From: Nitrospirota bacterium
GTDB lineage: Bacteria; Nitrospirota; Leptospirillia; Leptospirillales; Leptospirillaceae
NCBI GenBank assembly: GCA_023481175.1
Contig: JAMCWM010000012.1
Location: 1-64,000, forward strand
Direction of reading: 5' to 3'
Length of the DNA: 64,000 nucleotides
Part shown: piece by piece, positions 47,976 to 59,668 of the stretch
Position numbering within the stretch: the first letter of the stretch is position 1
Layout of the letters: every line of letters starts with the position of its first letter
Program-made: the position numbers and the translations under genes
Notes under the pieces: generated by a model
What the model was told of the DNA's origin: nothing
What the model saw: the letters and a program-made list of their open reading frames with translations, nothing else
The model's database searches: none

Positions 47976-47990
47976 TGGCACAGGGATTGC
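47976..47990 (+). promoter_or_regulatory. Sigma-54 promoter TGGCAC-N5-TTGCT upstream of nifH
   Basis: TGGCACAGGGATTGCT, a perfect consensus, in an AT-rich leader about 210 bp upstream of the nifH ATG. Confidence 0.75.
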
Positions 47991-48121
47991 TTTAATCGTG
48001 GCAACGTCCGTTTCCGGAGCATTCGATGCAGGAGGCTTTGGAGACGGGATGAGCTACGTGATGGCGGAAAAGAGAACGGGCCGTGGAGTCGTATACCGGC
48101 CAAGGCGCTGAAGCCGAATGA

Positions 48122-49075
<954 letters not shown>

Positions 49076-49100
49076 CGCACCGCACCGTCATTTTGCACGC

Positions 49101-49126
49101 GGCGGAGGAGGTCACGCGCCTCCGCC
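49101..49126 (+). other. Stable hairpin in the nifH-nifD intergenic region (mRNA stabiliser/attenuator candidate)
   Basis: GGCGGAGG-aggtcacgcg-CCTCCGCC followed by ATTCTTTCC. A similar hairpin (GGCCGGGG...CCCCGGCC) lies at 50647-50671 between nifD and nifK. Confidence 0.4.
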
Positions 49127-49192
49127 ATTCTTTCCTCCCGGTTTTTCCGGGGGGCCATTGCGAGATCCGTCATCCGATCGGGGGGGTCCATC

Positions 49193-50623
49193 ATGAGCAG
49201 CAATATCGAGGAAGCCAAAAAAATCATCGCGGAGGTTCTGGAGGTCTACCCGGAAAAGACCCGGAAGAAGCGCGAGAAGCACCTGAATGTTTTCGAGGAA
49301 GGAAAGCCCGACTGCGGGGTGAAGTCGAACATCAAGACCGTTCCGGGAGTGATGACCATCCGGGGGTGCGCCTATGCGGGATCGAAAGGCGTCGTCTGGG
49401 GTCCGATCAAGGACATGATCCACATCAGCCACGGGCCGGTGGGCTGCGGCCAGTATTCCTGGGCCGCCCGGCGCAACTACTACATCGGAACGACCGGGGT
49501 CGACTCCTTCGTCACCATGCAGTTCACCTCCGACTTCCAGGAGAAGGACATCGTCTTCGGGGGCGACAAGAAGCTCGAGAAGATCATGGACGAGATTCAG
49601 GTGCTCTTCCCGCTGAACAAGGGGATCACCGTCCAGTCGGAATGTCCGATCGGTCTGATCGGCGACGACATCGAGGCCGTCTCCAAGAAGAAGAGCAAGG
49701 AATATGACGGGAAGACCATCGTTCCGGTCCGCTGCGAAGGGTTCCGCGGGGTGAGCCAGTCCCTGGGCCACCACATCGCCAACGACACCATCCGGGACTG
49801 GGTCTTCGACAAAAAGACGGGGAAGGAGATCGAAACCACGCCGTACGACGTGGCCATCATCGGCGACTACAACATCGGCGGCGACGCCTGGTCCTCCCGG
49901 ATCCTGCTCGAGGAGATGGGGCTCCGGGTCGTGGCCCAGTGGTCGGGGGACGGGTCGATCGAGGAGCTCGTCAATACGCCCAAGGTCAAGCTCAACGTCC
50001 TTCACTGCTACCGGTCGATGAACTACATCTCGCGGCACATGGAGGAAAAGTACGGGATTCCCTGGGTCGAGTACAACTTTTTCGGCCCCTCCAAGATCGC
50101 CGAATCCCTCCGGAAGATCGCCGCATTCTTCGACGATACCATCAAGGAGAACGCGGAGCGGGTCATCGCCAAGTACGAGGCTCTCACGAAGGCGACCATC
50201 GAGAAGTTCCGGCCGCGCCTCGAGGGCAAGACGGTCATGCTCTTCGTCGGCGGCCTCCGCCCCCGCCACGTCATCGGCGCCTACGAGGACCTGGGCATGA
50301 ACGTGATCGGGACCGGGTACGAGTTCGGCCACAACGACGACTACCAGCGGACCACCCACTACGTCAAGGACGGGACGATCATCTACGACGACGTGACGGG
50401 CTACGAGTTCGAGAAGTTCGTCGAGGCGCTCAAGCCCGATCTCGTCGCCTCGGGGATCAAGGAAAAGTATGTCTTCCAGAAGATGGGGTATCCCTTCCGG
50501 CAGATGCACTCCTGGGACTATTCCGGTCCCTACCACGGCTACGACGGGTTCGCGATCTTCGCCCGCGACATGGACATGGCCATCAACAATCCCGTCTGGC
50601 AGATGGCGAAGGCCCCTTTCTGA
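49193..50623 (+). CDS. nifD: Nitrogenase MoFe protein alpha chain NifD
   Basis: [32 protein letters not shown] (Cys62/Cys88 region). HCYRSMNY carries the Cys275 FeMoco ligand. 476 aa. Confidence 0.97.
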   Translation: MSSNIEEAKKIIAEVLEVYPEKTRKKREKHLNVFEEGKPDCGVKSNIKTVPGVMTIRGCAYAGSKGVVWGPIKDMIHISHGPVGCGQYSWAARRNYYIGTTGVDSFVTMQFTSDFQEKDIVFGGDKKLEKIMDEIQVLFPLNKGITVQSECPIGLIGDDIEAVSKKKSKEYDGKTIVPVRCEGFRGVSQSLGHHIANDTIRDWVFDKKTGKEIETTPYDVAIIGDYNIGGDAWSSRILLEEMGLRVVAQWSGDGSIEELVNTPKVKLNVLHCYRSMNYISRHMEEKYGIPWVEYNFFGPSKIAESLRKIAAFFDDTIKENAERVIAKYEALTKATIEKFRPRLEGKTVMLFVGGLRPRHVIGAYEDLGMNVIGTGYEFGHNDDYQRTTHYVKDGTIIYDDVTGYEFEKFVEALKPDLVASGIKEKYVFQKMGYPFRQMHSWDYSGPYHGYDGFAIFARDMDMAINNPVWQMAKAPF

Positions 50624-50689
50624 AAAAAACCGCGACGCATTCCCCCGGCCGGGGCATCCTCCGCCCCGGCCCAACATGAGGATCCGACC

Positions 50690-52228
50690 ATGAGCCAGAA
50701 TCCCAAGCACGTCCTCGACCACTTCAACCTGTTCCGGGAGCCGGAATACGTGGAGATGTTCGAGAACAAGAAAAAGAACTTCGAGAACCCCCATCCCCAG
50801 GAGAAGGTCTCCGAGATCATCGAATGGACCAAGACCGAGGAGTACCGGGATCTGAACTTCAAGCGCGAGGCCCTGACCGTGAATCCCGCCAAGGCCTGCC
50901 AGCCGCTGGGCGCGGTCTTCGTCGCCCTGGGCTTCGAGGAGACCCTTCCCTTCGTCCACGGCTCCCAGGGATGCGTGGCCTATTACCGGAGCCATCTGTC
51001 CCGGCACTTCAAGGAGCCGACCTCCTGCGTCTCCTCCTCGATGACGGAAGACGCGGCGGTCTTCGGAGGCCTGAACAACATGATCGACGGCCTGGCCAAC
51101 GCCTATTCCATGTACAAGCCCAAGATGATCGCCGTCTCCACGACCTGCATGGCCGAGGTGATCGGGGATGACCTGAACGCCTTCATCAAGAACGCCAAGG
51201 AGAAGGGATCGGTTCCCCAGGAATACGACGTGCCCTTCGCCCACACGCCGGCCTTCGTCGGCTCCCATATCACCGGATACGACAATGCCCTGAAGGGCAT
51301 CATGGAGCATTTCTGGGCCGGGAAGGAGCGACACGAGAACGAGACGGTCAACATCGTCATGGGCTTCGACGGCTACAGCGTCGGCAACATCCGGGAGATG
51401 AAGAAGATCCTGGGCCAGATGGGAATCGACGCCCTGATCCTTTCCGACACCAGCGATGTCTTCGACACGCCCACGGACGGAACGTTCCGCATGTACATGG
51501 GAGGGACAAGGCTCGAGGACATGGCGCGGGCCGTGAATTCCAAGGCGACGGTCTCCTTCCAGGAGTACAACACCCCCAAGTCCCTGGAGTATGCCGCCTC
51601 CCTGGGACAAAAGACCCTCGCCTTCAACTATCCGATCGGGATCCGGGGAACCGACCGCTGGCTGATGGCTCTCTCCTCCCTGACCGGAAAGGACATCCCC
51701 GAGGTCCTGAAGCTCGAGCGGGGACGTCTCGTCGATGCCGTGGCGGATTCGACCTCCCATATCCACGGCAAGAAGTTCGCCCTCTACGGGGATCCGGACC
51801 AGATGCTGGGGCTTTCCGAGTTCCTGATGGAGCTCGGGGCGGAGCCGGTCCATGTTCTGGCCACCAACGGCGGAAAGGAATGGGAGGAGAAGATGAACGC
51901 CCTCTTTTCAAGCTCTCCCTACGGCGCCGGATGCCATGCCTGGCCCGGCCGGGATCTCTGGCACATGCGGAGCCTTCTCTTCACGGAGCCGGTGGACTTT
52001 CTGATCGGGAACACCTACGGGAAGTACCTCGAGCGCGACACCGGGACGCCGCTGATCCGCATCGGGTTCCCGATCTTCGACCGCCACCATCACCACCGGT
52101 ATCCGACGGTCGGCTACCAGGGGGCGATGAATGTCCTGGTGAAAATCCTCGACAAGATCTTCGACGAAATGGACAAGAACACCAACGTTCCCAGCAAGAC
52201 GGACTACAGCTACGACATCATCCGGTAG
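50690..52228 (+). CDS. nifK: Nitrogenase MoFe protein beta chain NifK
   Basis: [32 protein letters not shown] and CMAEVIGDD. 512 aa. Confidence 0.97.
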   Translation: MSQNPKHVLDHFNLFREPEYVEMFENKKKNFENPHPQEKVSEIIEWTKTEEYRDLNFKREALTVNPAKACQPLGAVFVALGFEETLPFVHGSQGCVAYYRSHLSRHFKEPTSCVSSSMTEDAAVFGGLNNMIDGLANAYSMYKPKMIAVSTTCMAEVIGDDLNAFIKNAKEKGSVPQEYDVPFAHTPAFVGSHITGYDNALKGIMEHFWAGKERHENETVNIVMGFDGYSVGNIREMKKILGQMGIDALILSDTSDVFDTPTDGTFRMYMGGTRLEDMARAVNSKATVSFQEYNTPKSLEYAASLGQKTLAFNYPIGIRGTDRWLMALSSLTGKDIPEVLKLERGRLVDAVADSTSHIHGKKFALYGDPDQMLGLSEFLMELGAEPVHVLATNGGKEWEEKMNALFSSSPYGAGCHAWPGRDLWHMRSLLFTEPVDFLIGNTYGKYLERDTGTPLIRIGFPIFDRHHHHRYPTVGYQGAMNVLVKILDKIFDEMDKNTNVPSKTDYSYDIIR

Positions 52229-52287
52229 CCGGACGTCCGGTCGGACAAGGGGAGGCCACGGCCTCCCCGCGCTCCGGGGAGGAGATC

Positions 52288-53688
52288 ATGATCAGCCAGA
52301 AGGTTCAGGAGGTCTTTCAGGAAGCGGCCTGCGGACACAACCAGGCCAAGTCCGAAAAGGACCGGAAAAAAGGGTGCACGAAGGTGGCGACGCCCGGGGC
52401 TGCGGCCGGAGGCTGCGCCTTCGACGGAGCCAAGATCGCCCTTCAGCCCATTGTCGACGCCGCCCATCTGGTCCATGGACCGATCGCCTGCGAGGGAAAT
52501 TCCTGGGACAACCGCTCCGCCCTGTCTTCAGGTTCCCGGCTTTACCGCACGGGCTTCACGACGGACATGAACGAGATGGATGTCGTCTACGGAGGAGAGA
52601 AGCATCTCTTCAAGGCGATCCGGCAGATCATCGACCGCTTCGATCCGCCGGCGGTCTTCCTCTACCAGACCTGCGTTCCCGCCATCATCGGGGACGACAT
52701 CGAGGCGGTGGCGAAGGCGGCCTCGGAGAAATTCGGCCGTCCGGTCATCCCCGTCAACGCGCCGGGGTTCGTGGGCGGAAAGAACCTGGGCAACAAGCTC
52801 GCCGGGGAGGCCCTTCTCGACTATGTGATCGGGACGATGGAGCCCTCCACGACGACTCCGACCGATCTCAACATCATCGGAGAATACAACCTCTCGGGGG
52901 AGCTCTGGCAGGTCAAGCCCCTCCTCGACCGGCTGGGGATCCGCATCTCCGCCTGCATCAGCGGGGATGGACGCTACCGCGAGGTGGCCGGATCCCACCG
53001 GGCCCGCGCCGCGATGCTGGTCTGCAGCAAGGCGATGATCAACATTGCCCGGAAGATGGAGGAGCGTTACGGGATCCCCTGGTTCGAGGGCTCCTTCTAC
53101 GGGATCTCCGACATGAGCGCTTCCCTCCGGAACATCGCAAGACTCCTTGTGGAGAGGGGAGCCCCCTCCGATCTCCTCGAACGGACGGAGGCGCTGATCG
53201 CCTCCGAAGAGCGGGAGGCGTGGGCGGCCATCGAAGGGTTCCGCCCCGGACTCGCCGGCAAAAGAGCCCTTCTCATTACGGGAGGGGTCAAGAGCTGGTC
53301 GGTCGTCTCGGCCCTCATGGAAGCCGGCCTCGTCGTCGTCGGGACCAGCGTCAAGAAGTCGACGGCCGGGGACAAGGAGCGGATCGCCGAGCTCCTGGGG
53401 GAGGATGCCCACATGATCGATACCATGACCCCCCGGGAGATGTACCGGATGCTCCGCGAGGCCGAGGCCGACATCCTGATGGCCGGCGGCCGCTCCCAGT
53501 TCGTGGCCCTGAAGGCCAAGGTTCCCTTTCTCGATGTGAACCAGGAGCGCCGCTTCGCCTTTGCCGGCTACAAGGGAATGGTGACCCTGGTCTCCGAGCT
53601 GCACCGGACCCTTTCGAACCCCATTTTCGGGACGCTTCGCCAGCCTGCGCCGTGGGCGCCCGGTTGTCGGATCACCCCGCTCGTGTAG
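52288..53688 (+). CDS. nifE: FeMo-cofactor biosynthesis scaffold NifE
   Basis: NifD-like: CAFDGAKIALQPIVDAAHLVHGPIACEGNSW and [16 protein letters not shown]. Start at MISQKVQE with a GGAGGAG RBS. The long upstream ORF extension was rejected. Confidence 0.93.
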   Translation: MISQKVQEVFQEAACGHNQAKSEKDRKKGCTKVATPGAAAGGCAFDGAKIALQPIVDAAHLVHGPIACEGNSWDNRSALSSGSRLYRTGFTTDMNEMDVVYGGEKHLFKAIRQIIDRFDPPAVFLYQTCVPAIIGDDIEAVAKAASEKFGRPVIPVNAPGFVGGKNLGNKLAGEALLDYVIGTMEPSTTTPTDLNIIGEYNLSGELWQVKPLLDRLGIRISACISGDGRYREVAGSHRARAAMLVCSKAMINIARKMEERYGIPWFEGSFYGISDMSASLRNIARLLVERGAPSDLLERTEALIASEEREAWAAIEGFRPGLAGKRALLITGGVKSWSVVSALMEAGLVVVGTSVKKSTAGDKERIAELLGEDAHMIDTMTPREMYRMLREAEADILMAGGRSQFVALKAKVPFLDVNQERRFAFAGYKGMVTLVSELHRTLSNPIFGTLRQPAPWAPGCRITPLV

Positions 53689-53701
53689 GGAGGAGGGCGC
53701 G

Positions 53702-55135
53702 ATGGAAACATTGAAGACGGCCCCGACGAAAAAGGACGACGCTCCCCAGGAGTTCGTCTCGGTCAACCCCCTCAAGATGAGCGCGCCTCTGGGGGGCGCC
53801 CTCTTCTTCCTGGGGCTCGACCGGAGCCTGCCGGTCTTCCACGGCTCCCAGGGGTGCACCTCCTTCGCCCTGGTCCTCCTGGGCCGCCATTTCAAGGAGT
53901 CGATCCCGCTCCAGACGACCGCCATGAGCGAGGTGACGACCATCCTGGGGGGCGGGGAGAACATCTCCGCCGCGATTCTCAAGATCCTCGAGAAGGGGAC
54001 CCCCGGAATCATCGGCCTCTGCTCGACAGGGCTCACCGAGACGAAGGGGGAGGATATCGCGGGCGAGATCGTCCTCTTTCGCAAGCGGCACCCCGAACAC
54101 GACGGTGTCCCCATCGTGGCGGTCTCCACCCCCGACTTCCGGGGATCCCACGAGGACGGCTTCCGGGAGGCCATGGTCCGGACGATCGAGGAACTCGTCG
54201 GGGAGGGGGGATCCCCGGTCAAAAACCAGGTGAATGTCCTGGCCGGATCCCACCTGACGGTCGCCGACATCGACCATCTCAGGGAGACGATCGAGTCCTT
54301 CGGCCTGACTCCGATCTTTCTTCCGGATCTCTCGCGCTCCCTCGACGGAATCGTCCCGGAGAGCTTCGAGCCGGTCTCGATGGGGGGGACGACGCTTCAG
54401 GAAATCCGGAGGATGGGAGAGTCGAGCCATACCCTCGTCCTGGGAGAGTCGCTCCGGCCCGCGGGGGAGGCTCTCCTGAAAAAGGCCGGCGTCCCGTATG
54501 TGGTTGTCGACCGGGTCATGGGGATTGCGGCCTTCGACCGCTTTCTCGTCACCTTGCGGGACCTGTCGGGGAAGGACTATCCGGAGACCCTGAAACGGGA
54601 CCGGAACCGGCTCTCCGACGCCATGCTCGACGCCCATTTTTATCTGGGAGGCCAAAGGGTCGCCGCGGGGCTCGAACCGGACCATCTCTACGACCTGGGC
54701 CACTTTCTTCTGGAGAACGGGATGGATCTGGTCTCCCGGGTCACGACGACCGCCTCGCCGCTCCTTGTGCGGATGCCGGGCGGAAAGGCCCGGCTCGGGG
54801 ATCTGGGGAGTCTCGAAGGTGAGGCCCGGGAGAGGAAGGCCGGCCTGATCGTCACCCACTCCCATGGGCGCCAGGCGGCGGAGCGACTGGGCATCCCGCT
54901 TTTCCGGGTCGGCTTTCCCGTCTTCGACCGGCTCGGGGCGACCCACAGGCTCTTCGTCGGCTATCGCGGAGCCCGGGAGACCCTCTTCCGCCTCGCGAAC
55001 ATGCTCTGGTCGCGGGATCCGGAAAACCGGCCGGACACCTGGTATCCGGAGGCCCGGAAAATGGACAGCGACGACTGGGTTCCTCTCCCCGTGACCGGGG
55101 GAGGGTCCCGGAATTTCCAAGGAGAAAAGCGATGA
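53702..55135 (+). CDS. nifN: FeMo-cofactor biosynthesis protein NifN
   Basis: NifK-like: [28 protein letters not shown]. 477 aa. Directly follows nifE. Confidence 0.9.
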   Translation: METLKTAPTKKDDAPQEFVSVNPLKMSAPLGGALFFLGLDRSLPVFHGSQGCTSFALVLLGRHFKESIPLQTTAMSEVTTILGGGENISAAILKILEKGTPGIIGLCSTGLTETKGEDIAGEIVLFRKRHPEHDGVPIVAVSTPDFRGSHEDGFREAMVRTIEELVGEGGSPVKNQVNVLAGSHLTVADIDHLRETIESFGLTPIFLPDLSRSLDGIVPESFEPVSMGGTTLQEIRRMGESSHTLVLGESLRPAGEALLKKAGVPYVVVDRVMGIAAFDRFLVTLRDLSGKDYPETLKRDRNRLSDAMLDAHFYLGGQRVAAGLEPDHLYDLGHFLLENGMDLVSRVTTTASPLLVRMPGGKARLGDLGSLEGEARERKAGLIVTHSHGRQAAERLGIPLFRVGFPVFDRLGATHRLFVGYRGARETLFRLANMLWSRDPENRPDTWYPEARKMDSDDWVPLPVTGGGSRNFQGEKR

Positions 55136-55530
55136 GGATTGCCTTTGCGACGCAGGACATGGAAACGGTGGACGCCCATTTCGGATGGGCGAAGAACATC
55201 GTCCTCTACGATCTCGATGCCCAGGGGTACAGGCTTTCGCACGTCGCCTCCTTCGAATCGAACCTGGCCGAGGACGGCAACGAGGACAAGCTTGTTCCGA
55301 AGATCGAGGCCTTGAAGGGATGCGCGATCCTCTACGTCGCGGCCATCGGAGGATCCGGCGCCGCCCGGGTCGTGGCCCAGAGGATCCACCCCGTCAAGGT
55401 CGAAAAACCGGAAAAGATTTCCGATCTTCTGGAGAGGCTTCGAGTCCTCCTGAACGGAACGCCTCCCCCCTGGATGCGGAAGATCCTCCGGGACCAGGGC
55501 GAGAAAACGGCGGACTTCCTTTCGGAATAG
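55132..55530 (+). CDS. nifX: NifX (FeMo-cofactor carrier, dinitrogenase FeMoco-binding domain)
   Basis: [28 protein letters not shown] ... [28 protein letters not shown]. 4-nt overlap with nifN. Confidence 0.85.
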   Translation: MRIAFATQDMETVDAHFGWAKNIVLYDLDAQGYRLSHVASFESNLAEDGNEDKLVPKIEALKGCAILYVAAIGGSGAARVVAQRIHPVKVEKPEKISDLLERLRVLLNGTPPPWMRKILRDQGEKTADFLSE

Positions 55531-55598
55531 GACGTCTCGAGAGACGGCGGGGCGTTGGCTCCGCCCGGAATCCACGCACAGAATCAGGGGGAATAAAG

Positions 55599-56060
55599 AT
55601 GACGACCGGTGATGCGACAGAGGAAAAATCCGACCCGTTCTTTCGGGACCTGGCCCTGCAATTCCGGTCCCACGACGGGTTCGGGGCCTGGGACAAGCTC
55701 TCGGACGAACAGGTGCTGAAGCCTTTCATCCTCGACGCGGAGGCCCGGCGGGCCATCCCGATCATCGGGGATCCCGATCCCGACGTGCTCTGGCGTCTCG
55801 AGATCTTCTACAACACCGTCGCGCTCGCGATCGAAAAAAGGACGGGGGTCATGGTGACCCCCCTCATGAAGATGTCTCACGAGGGCTTCGGCCGCATGGT
55901 CCTGATCGGAGGCCGCCTGGTCGTCGTGAACAAGAATCTCAGGGATGTGCACCGCTTCGGGTTCGCATCCCGGGAGAAGCTCCTGGAGGAGGCCGAAAAG
56001 CTGATCCGCCAGGGCACGGAAATGATCGAAAAGTTCAAAGAGGTGGCGACATTCGGATAG
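55599..56060 (+). CDS. NifX-associated nitrogen fixation protein (DUF269 family)
   Basis: [72 protein letters not shown] is typical of the conserved ORF downstream of nifX. Confidence 0.8.
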   Translation: MTTGDATEEKSDPFFRDLALQFRSHDGFGAWDKLSDEQVLKPFILDAEARRAIPIIGDPDPDVLWRLEIFYNTVALAIEKRTGVMVTPLMKMSHEGFGRMVLIGGRLVVVNKNLRDVHRFGFASREKLLEEAEKLIRQGTEMIEKFKEVATFG

Positions 56061-56114
56061 GGCGACATTGACCGTATCTCAAAGTCCCCGAAGGAGGGGA
56101 CGAAGGGGGAGACG

Positions 56115-57680
56115 ATGGATTCCAGGGACACAGACTTTCTGAAGATCATCCAGGAACCGGAGACCGAGGCCTCGGGCTGCTCCGAGAAGGCGACCTGCGG
56201 AAGTTCGGCCGGGCCGGCGGACATGGATCCCGAGGTCTGGAACAAGGTGAAGAACCATCCGTGCTACAGCGAGGAGGCCCATCATTTCTACGCCCGCATG
56301 CATGTGGCGGTGGCCCCGGCCTGCAACATCCAGTGCAACTACTGCAACCGGAAGTACGACTGTTCCAACGAGTCCCGCCCGGGCGTGGTCTCCGAGCGCC
56401 TGACTCCGGAACTTGCCGCCAAGAAGGTGCTCGCGGTGGCCTCCGAGATCCACCAGATGACCGTGGTCGGCATCGCCGGCGCCGGGGATTCGCTCGCCAA
56501 TCCCGACAAGACCTTCAAGACCTTCGAGCTCATCTCGAAGGCCGCCCCGGACATCAAGCTCTGCCTCTCGACCAACGGTCTGGCCTTGCCGGACATGGTC
56601 GACCGGATCGCCGACTACAACGTCGACCATGTGACGGTGACCATCAACATGGTCGACCCCGAGGTGGGGGAGAAGATCTATCCCTGGATCTTCTACAACA
56701 AGAAACGGTGGAAGGGTCGGGATGCGGCGAAGATCCTCTCGGAGCGCCAGCTCCTGGGGCTCGAGATGCTGACAGCCCGGAAGATCCTCGTGAAGGTCAA
56801 CTCCGTGATGATTCCCGGAATCAACGATTCCCACCTGAAGGATGTCAACCGGGAGGTCAAGAAGAGGGGGGCCTTCCTCCACAACATCATGCCGCTCATC
56901 TCCGAGCCGGAGCACGGGACCTTCTACGGACTGACCGGACAGCGGGGACCGACGGCCGAGGAGCTGAAGGCTCTCCAGGACTCCTGCGAGGGCGAGATGA
57001 ACATGATGCGCCACTGCCGCCAGTGCCGGGCCGATGCGGTGGGCCTTTTGGGCGAGGACCGGTCCGCCGAGTTCACCAACGAGAAGATCGAGGCGATCGA
57101 GATCGCCGATGTCTCCTACGATCTTTCGGCCCGGGAAGCCTACCGGGACAAGGTCGAGGGGATCCGCGAGAAGGAGCGGAAGATCAAGGAGATGCTGGTG
57201 GCCGGCCTGGGCCGGGACAGCGGCATTGGCCAGGCTCCTCCCATTCTCGTCGCCGTGGCCACCCAGGGCGGCGGAGAGATCAACCAGCACTTCGGCCATG
57301 CCCGGGAGTTCCAGGTCTATGAGGTGAGCGCCGCCGACGCCAAGTTCGTGGGCCACCGGCGCGTCGACCTCTATTGCGAGGGAGGCTACGGGGAGGAGGA
57401 CTCCCTCGGCCGGATCACGGCCGCCCTCTCCGACTGCGTGGCGGTCATGGTGGCCAAGATCGGGGGGTGTCCCAAAAAGACCCTCGAGGAGGCCCGGATC
57501 TTCGGCATCGACAAGTACGCCTACCAGTCGATCAAGCCCTCGCTCCTCTCCTACTTTGCGGAATACGTGGAGGGGGTGAAGGCGGGCCGGATCACCCCGA
57601 AGGCCTCGGGATCCCAGACTCCGATCCGGTCCGGGGCCTTCACGCCCACCGGGCAGATTCCCCTGACCGTGCTGTCCTGA
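56115..57680 (+). CDS. nifB: NifB (radical-SAM FeMoco precursor synthase with C-terminal NifX-like domain)
   Basis: CNIQCNYCNRKYDC is the radical-SAM CxxxCxxC. C-terminal ILVAVATQGGGEINQHFGHAREFQVYEV is a NifX/NafY-like domain. 521 aa. Confidence 0.93.
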   Translation: MDSRDTDFLKIIQEPETEASGCSEKATCGSSAGPADMDPEVWNKVKNHPCYSEEAHHFYARMHVAVAPACNIQCNYCNRKYDCSNESRPGVVSERLTPELAAKKVLAVASEIHQMTVVGIAGAGDSLANPDKTFKTFELISKAAPDIKLCLSTNGLALPDMVDRIADYNVDHVTVTINMVDPEVGEKIYPWIFYNKKRWKGRDAAKILSERQLLGLEMLTARKILVKVNSVMIPGINDSHLKDVNREVKKRGAFLHNIMPLISEPEHGTFYGLTGQRGPTAEELKALQDSCEGEMNMMRHCRQCRADAVGLLGEDRSAEFTNEKIEAIEIADVSYDLSAREAYRDKVEGIREKERKIKEMLVAGLGRDSGIGQAPPILVAVATQGGGEINQHFGHAREFQVYEVSAADAKFVGHRRVDLYCEGGYGEEDSLGRITAALSDCVAVMVAKIGGCPKKTLEEARIFGIDKYAYQSIKPSLLSYFAEYVEGVKAGRITPKASGSQTPIRSGAFTPTGQIPLTVLS

Positions 57681-57691
57681 AGGAGGGAGAG

Positions 57692-57949
57692 ATGGCCTAT
57701 ACGATCGTCCTGGAAAACTGTACCGGATGTTCGGCCTGCGAGCCGGAGTGTCCGAATGCGGCCATCGCCCAGACCGGCGATGGCCTCTACCAGATCGACC
57801 CCGACCTGTGCACCGAATGTGTCGGCTTCTTCGACGAAGCCCAGTGCACGGCGGTCTGTCCGATCGATCTCACCTGCATCCCCGATCCCGCCCGCGTCGA
57901 GGATCGGGAGGTGCTCATGGCGCGCAAGGTGGCGCTTCACGGATCATAA
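57692..57949 (+). CDS. fdxN: Ferredoxin (2x[4Fe-4S], FdxN-like) in the nif cluster
   Basis: CTGCSACEPECP and CTECVGFFDEAQCTAVCP are two Cys clusters. RBS AGGAGGGAGAG. Confidence 0.8.
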   Translation: MAYTIVLENCTGCSACEPECPNAAIAQTGDGLYQIDPDLCTECVGFFDEAQCTAVCPIDLTCIPDPARVEDREVLMARKVALHGS

Positions 57950-57985
57950 GGAAACGGAAGGATCCGAAACGACAAGGAGAAGACT

Positions 57986-58369
57986 GTGGGCGTAACGGTG
58001 ACAGAAAAAGCAGGCGTTTTTCTGAGACGGATGATCCGGTTCAACGGAGGGACGGAGAAATCCGGGATCCGGTTGATCGTGAAGCCCGGAGGATGTTCGG
58101 GCCTCTCCTACGACATGGAGCTGGCCGACGAGGCGCGGCCCGGGGAACAGGTCTTCGCCGGGCCCGGATTCGCCCTGCACATTCCGGGGGACTGTCTGTC
58201 CTATGTGGAGGGCTCCGTGATCGACTTCGAGGACAACATGATGAACACCCAGCTCGTCTTCAGAAATCCCAACGCCGTGAGTTCCTGCGGGTGCGGGACC
58301 TCCTTCAACGTGGAGGGGGGGCCGGCGGCCCCGGAGGGAGGATGTTCGAAAAAGGGATCCGGGCCCTGA
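57986..58369 (+). CDS. IscA/HesB/ErpA-family Fe-S cluster assembly protein (nif-associated)
   Basis: LIVKPGGCSGLSYDM and CGCGTSF are the three conserved Cys of A-type carriers. GTG start. Confidence 0.8.
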   Translation: MGVTVTEKAGVFLRRMIRFNGGTEKSGIRLIVKPGGCSGLSYDMELADEARPGEQVFAGPGFALHIPGDCLSYVEGSVIDFEDNMMNTQLVFRNPNAVSSCGCGTSFNVEGGPAAPEGGCSKKGSGP

Positions 58370-58373
58370 TCCG

Positions 58374-58889
58374 GTGAGGGAGCCGGGAGTTCTCGAAGAG
58401 GCCTGGGAAGAACGGGCCGGGGATCTCTTTCCCCCGGCCCCTGCGGAGGCGGAGGCGCTCCTGTGGCGCGCCGCCCGCTCCTGGTCCGACACCGACAGGG
58501 CCAGGGGCTGGCTCCTTCTGGCGGATCGGGACTACGGGGACCTTCTTCCCGTCGTTCTCGGATGCTACAAGTTCCATTTTTACAAGGGTCTTCTCCGGGA
58601 AGCGATCCCTTACGCGGAGAAAGCCGCCCGCATCATGGGAGAAAAACTCGGCCTGCCGGCCGATTTTTTTCAGGTGAGGCCCGAGGATGCCGATTTTTCA
58701 GGCTACGAAGCCGCCCCGAGGTTCTATCTGTTCGCCATGAAGGCCGTCGGCTATCTTCATGCCCGTCTGGGCGAGACCGAACGTGCCGTGGCCGTTCTTG
58801 AAAAAATCCTGGAGCTCGACCGGAAGGACCGCCTGGCGGTCTCCCGCCTGATGGCGGTCATCGAAAGGAAAGGAGGGGAGGAGGAATGA
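58374..58889 (+). CDS. Hypothetical nif-cluster protein (helical repeat-like)
   Basis: 171 aa, GTG start. No recognisable motif. Codon usage fits coding. Confidence 0.45.
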   Translation: MREPGVLEEAWEERAGDLFPPAPAEAEALLWRAARSWSDTDRARGWLLLADRDYGDLLPVVLGCYKFHFYKGLLREAIPYAEKAARIMGEKLGLPADFFQVRPEDADFSGYEAAPRFYLFAMKAVGYLHARLGETERAVAVLEKILELDRKDRLAVSRLMAVIERKGGEEE

Positions 58890-59668
58890 GAGTCTTTTGC
58901 GGCAACGGACAGCCGGCGTTTCCCCGGGATGTCCCCGAAGCTTCCGGCTCTTCCTGCGACGGGTGTGCCGTTCGCTCCCAGAGCTCGTCCACCGGATGTT
59001 CCCCCGGTTCCTCCTGCGTCCGGACTCCCTATGCCCGTCATATCGAACGTTTTTTTCGCCAGAATCCCTCCCTTGCCATCCGCTTCTGGCAGGATCCCTA
59101 TTTCGAGGTCCGGGCGATCGTGACCCGGTATCTCCCCCCGGAGATCCTGCGCCGGATGGCCCGGGATTCCGACGAGACCGTCCGGATGAACGTGGCCCTC
59201 TTCCTCCCTCCGGCGGACCTCGTCCGGATGATGAACGATCCGGACCGCGAGGTCAGGATCCGGGTGGCCGGCCGGATCCCGGTGGCGCTCCTGCCGATGA
59301 TGGCGGGCGATCCCGACTACTACGTCCGCCACCAGGTCGCCCTCCGGATCGCTCCGTCGGCCCTGATCTTCATGAAGGAGGATCCCGACTCCGAAGTCAG
59401 GCGGGTCGTCGCCCGGAGAATCCCCGAACCCCGCCATCTCGACCTTCTCTCGGACCCCGACGCCCTGGTCCGGATCGAAGTTCTCGAACGGGGAGGGGAG
59501 GCCCTCTGGAGCGAGGCACTGAAGGATCAGGACGTCAGGGTCCGCTTCTGGCTGGCCGAGCGGTCGACGGGGGAGGCCCTGCACCGGATGGCCCATGACC
59601 CGGACCCCTTCCTTCGCCAGATTGCCGTGCGGCGGTTGCGCGAACAGGCCGGGAGGGCGGCCTCGTGA
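58886..59668 (+). CDS. LRV (leucine-rich-repeat-variant) Fe-S protein
   Basis: N-terminal Cys-rich segment (CDGCAVRSQSSSTGCSPGSSC) followed by about 8 repeats of DPDxxVRxxVAxRIP (DPDREVRIRVAGRIP, DPDYYVRHQVALRIAP, DPDSEVRRVVARRIPEP ...), as in the Azotobacter LRV protein family. Confidence 0.7.
   Translation: MRVFCGNGQPAFPRDVPEASGSSCDGCAVRSQSSSTGCSPGSSCVRTPYARHIERFFRQNPSLAIRFWQDPYFEVRAIVTRYLPPEILRRMARDSDETVRMNVALFLPPADLVRMMNDPDREVRIRVAGRIPVALLPMMAGDPDYYVRHQVALRIAPSALIFMKEDPDSEVRRVVARRIPEPRHLDLLSDPDALVRIEVLERGGEALWSEALKDQDVRVRFWLAERSTGEALHRMAHDPDPFLRQIAVRRLREQAGRAAS

Noticed and set aside
51880-52287. Upstream extension of the nifE ORF (starts 51880)
   Set aside because: It overlaps the 3' end of nifK. 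The true nifE start, MISQKVQE at 52288, has a GGAGGAG RBS and matches NifE N-termini.
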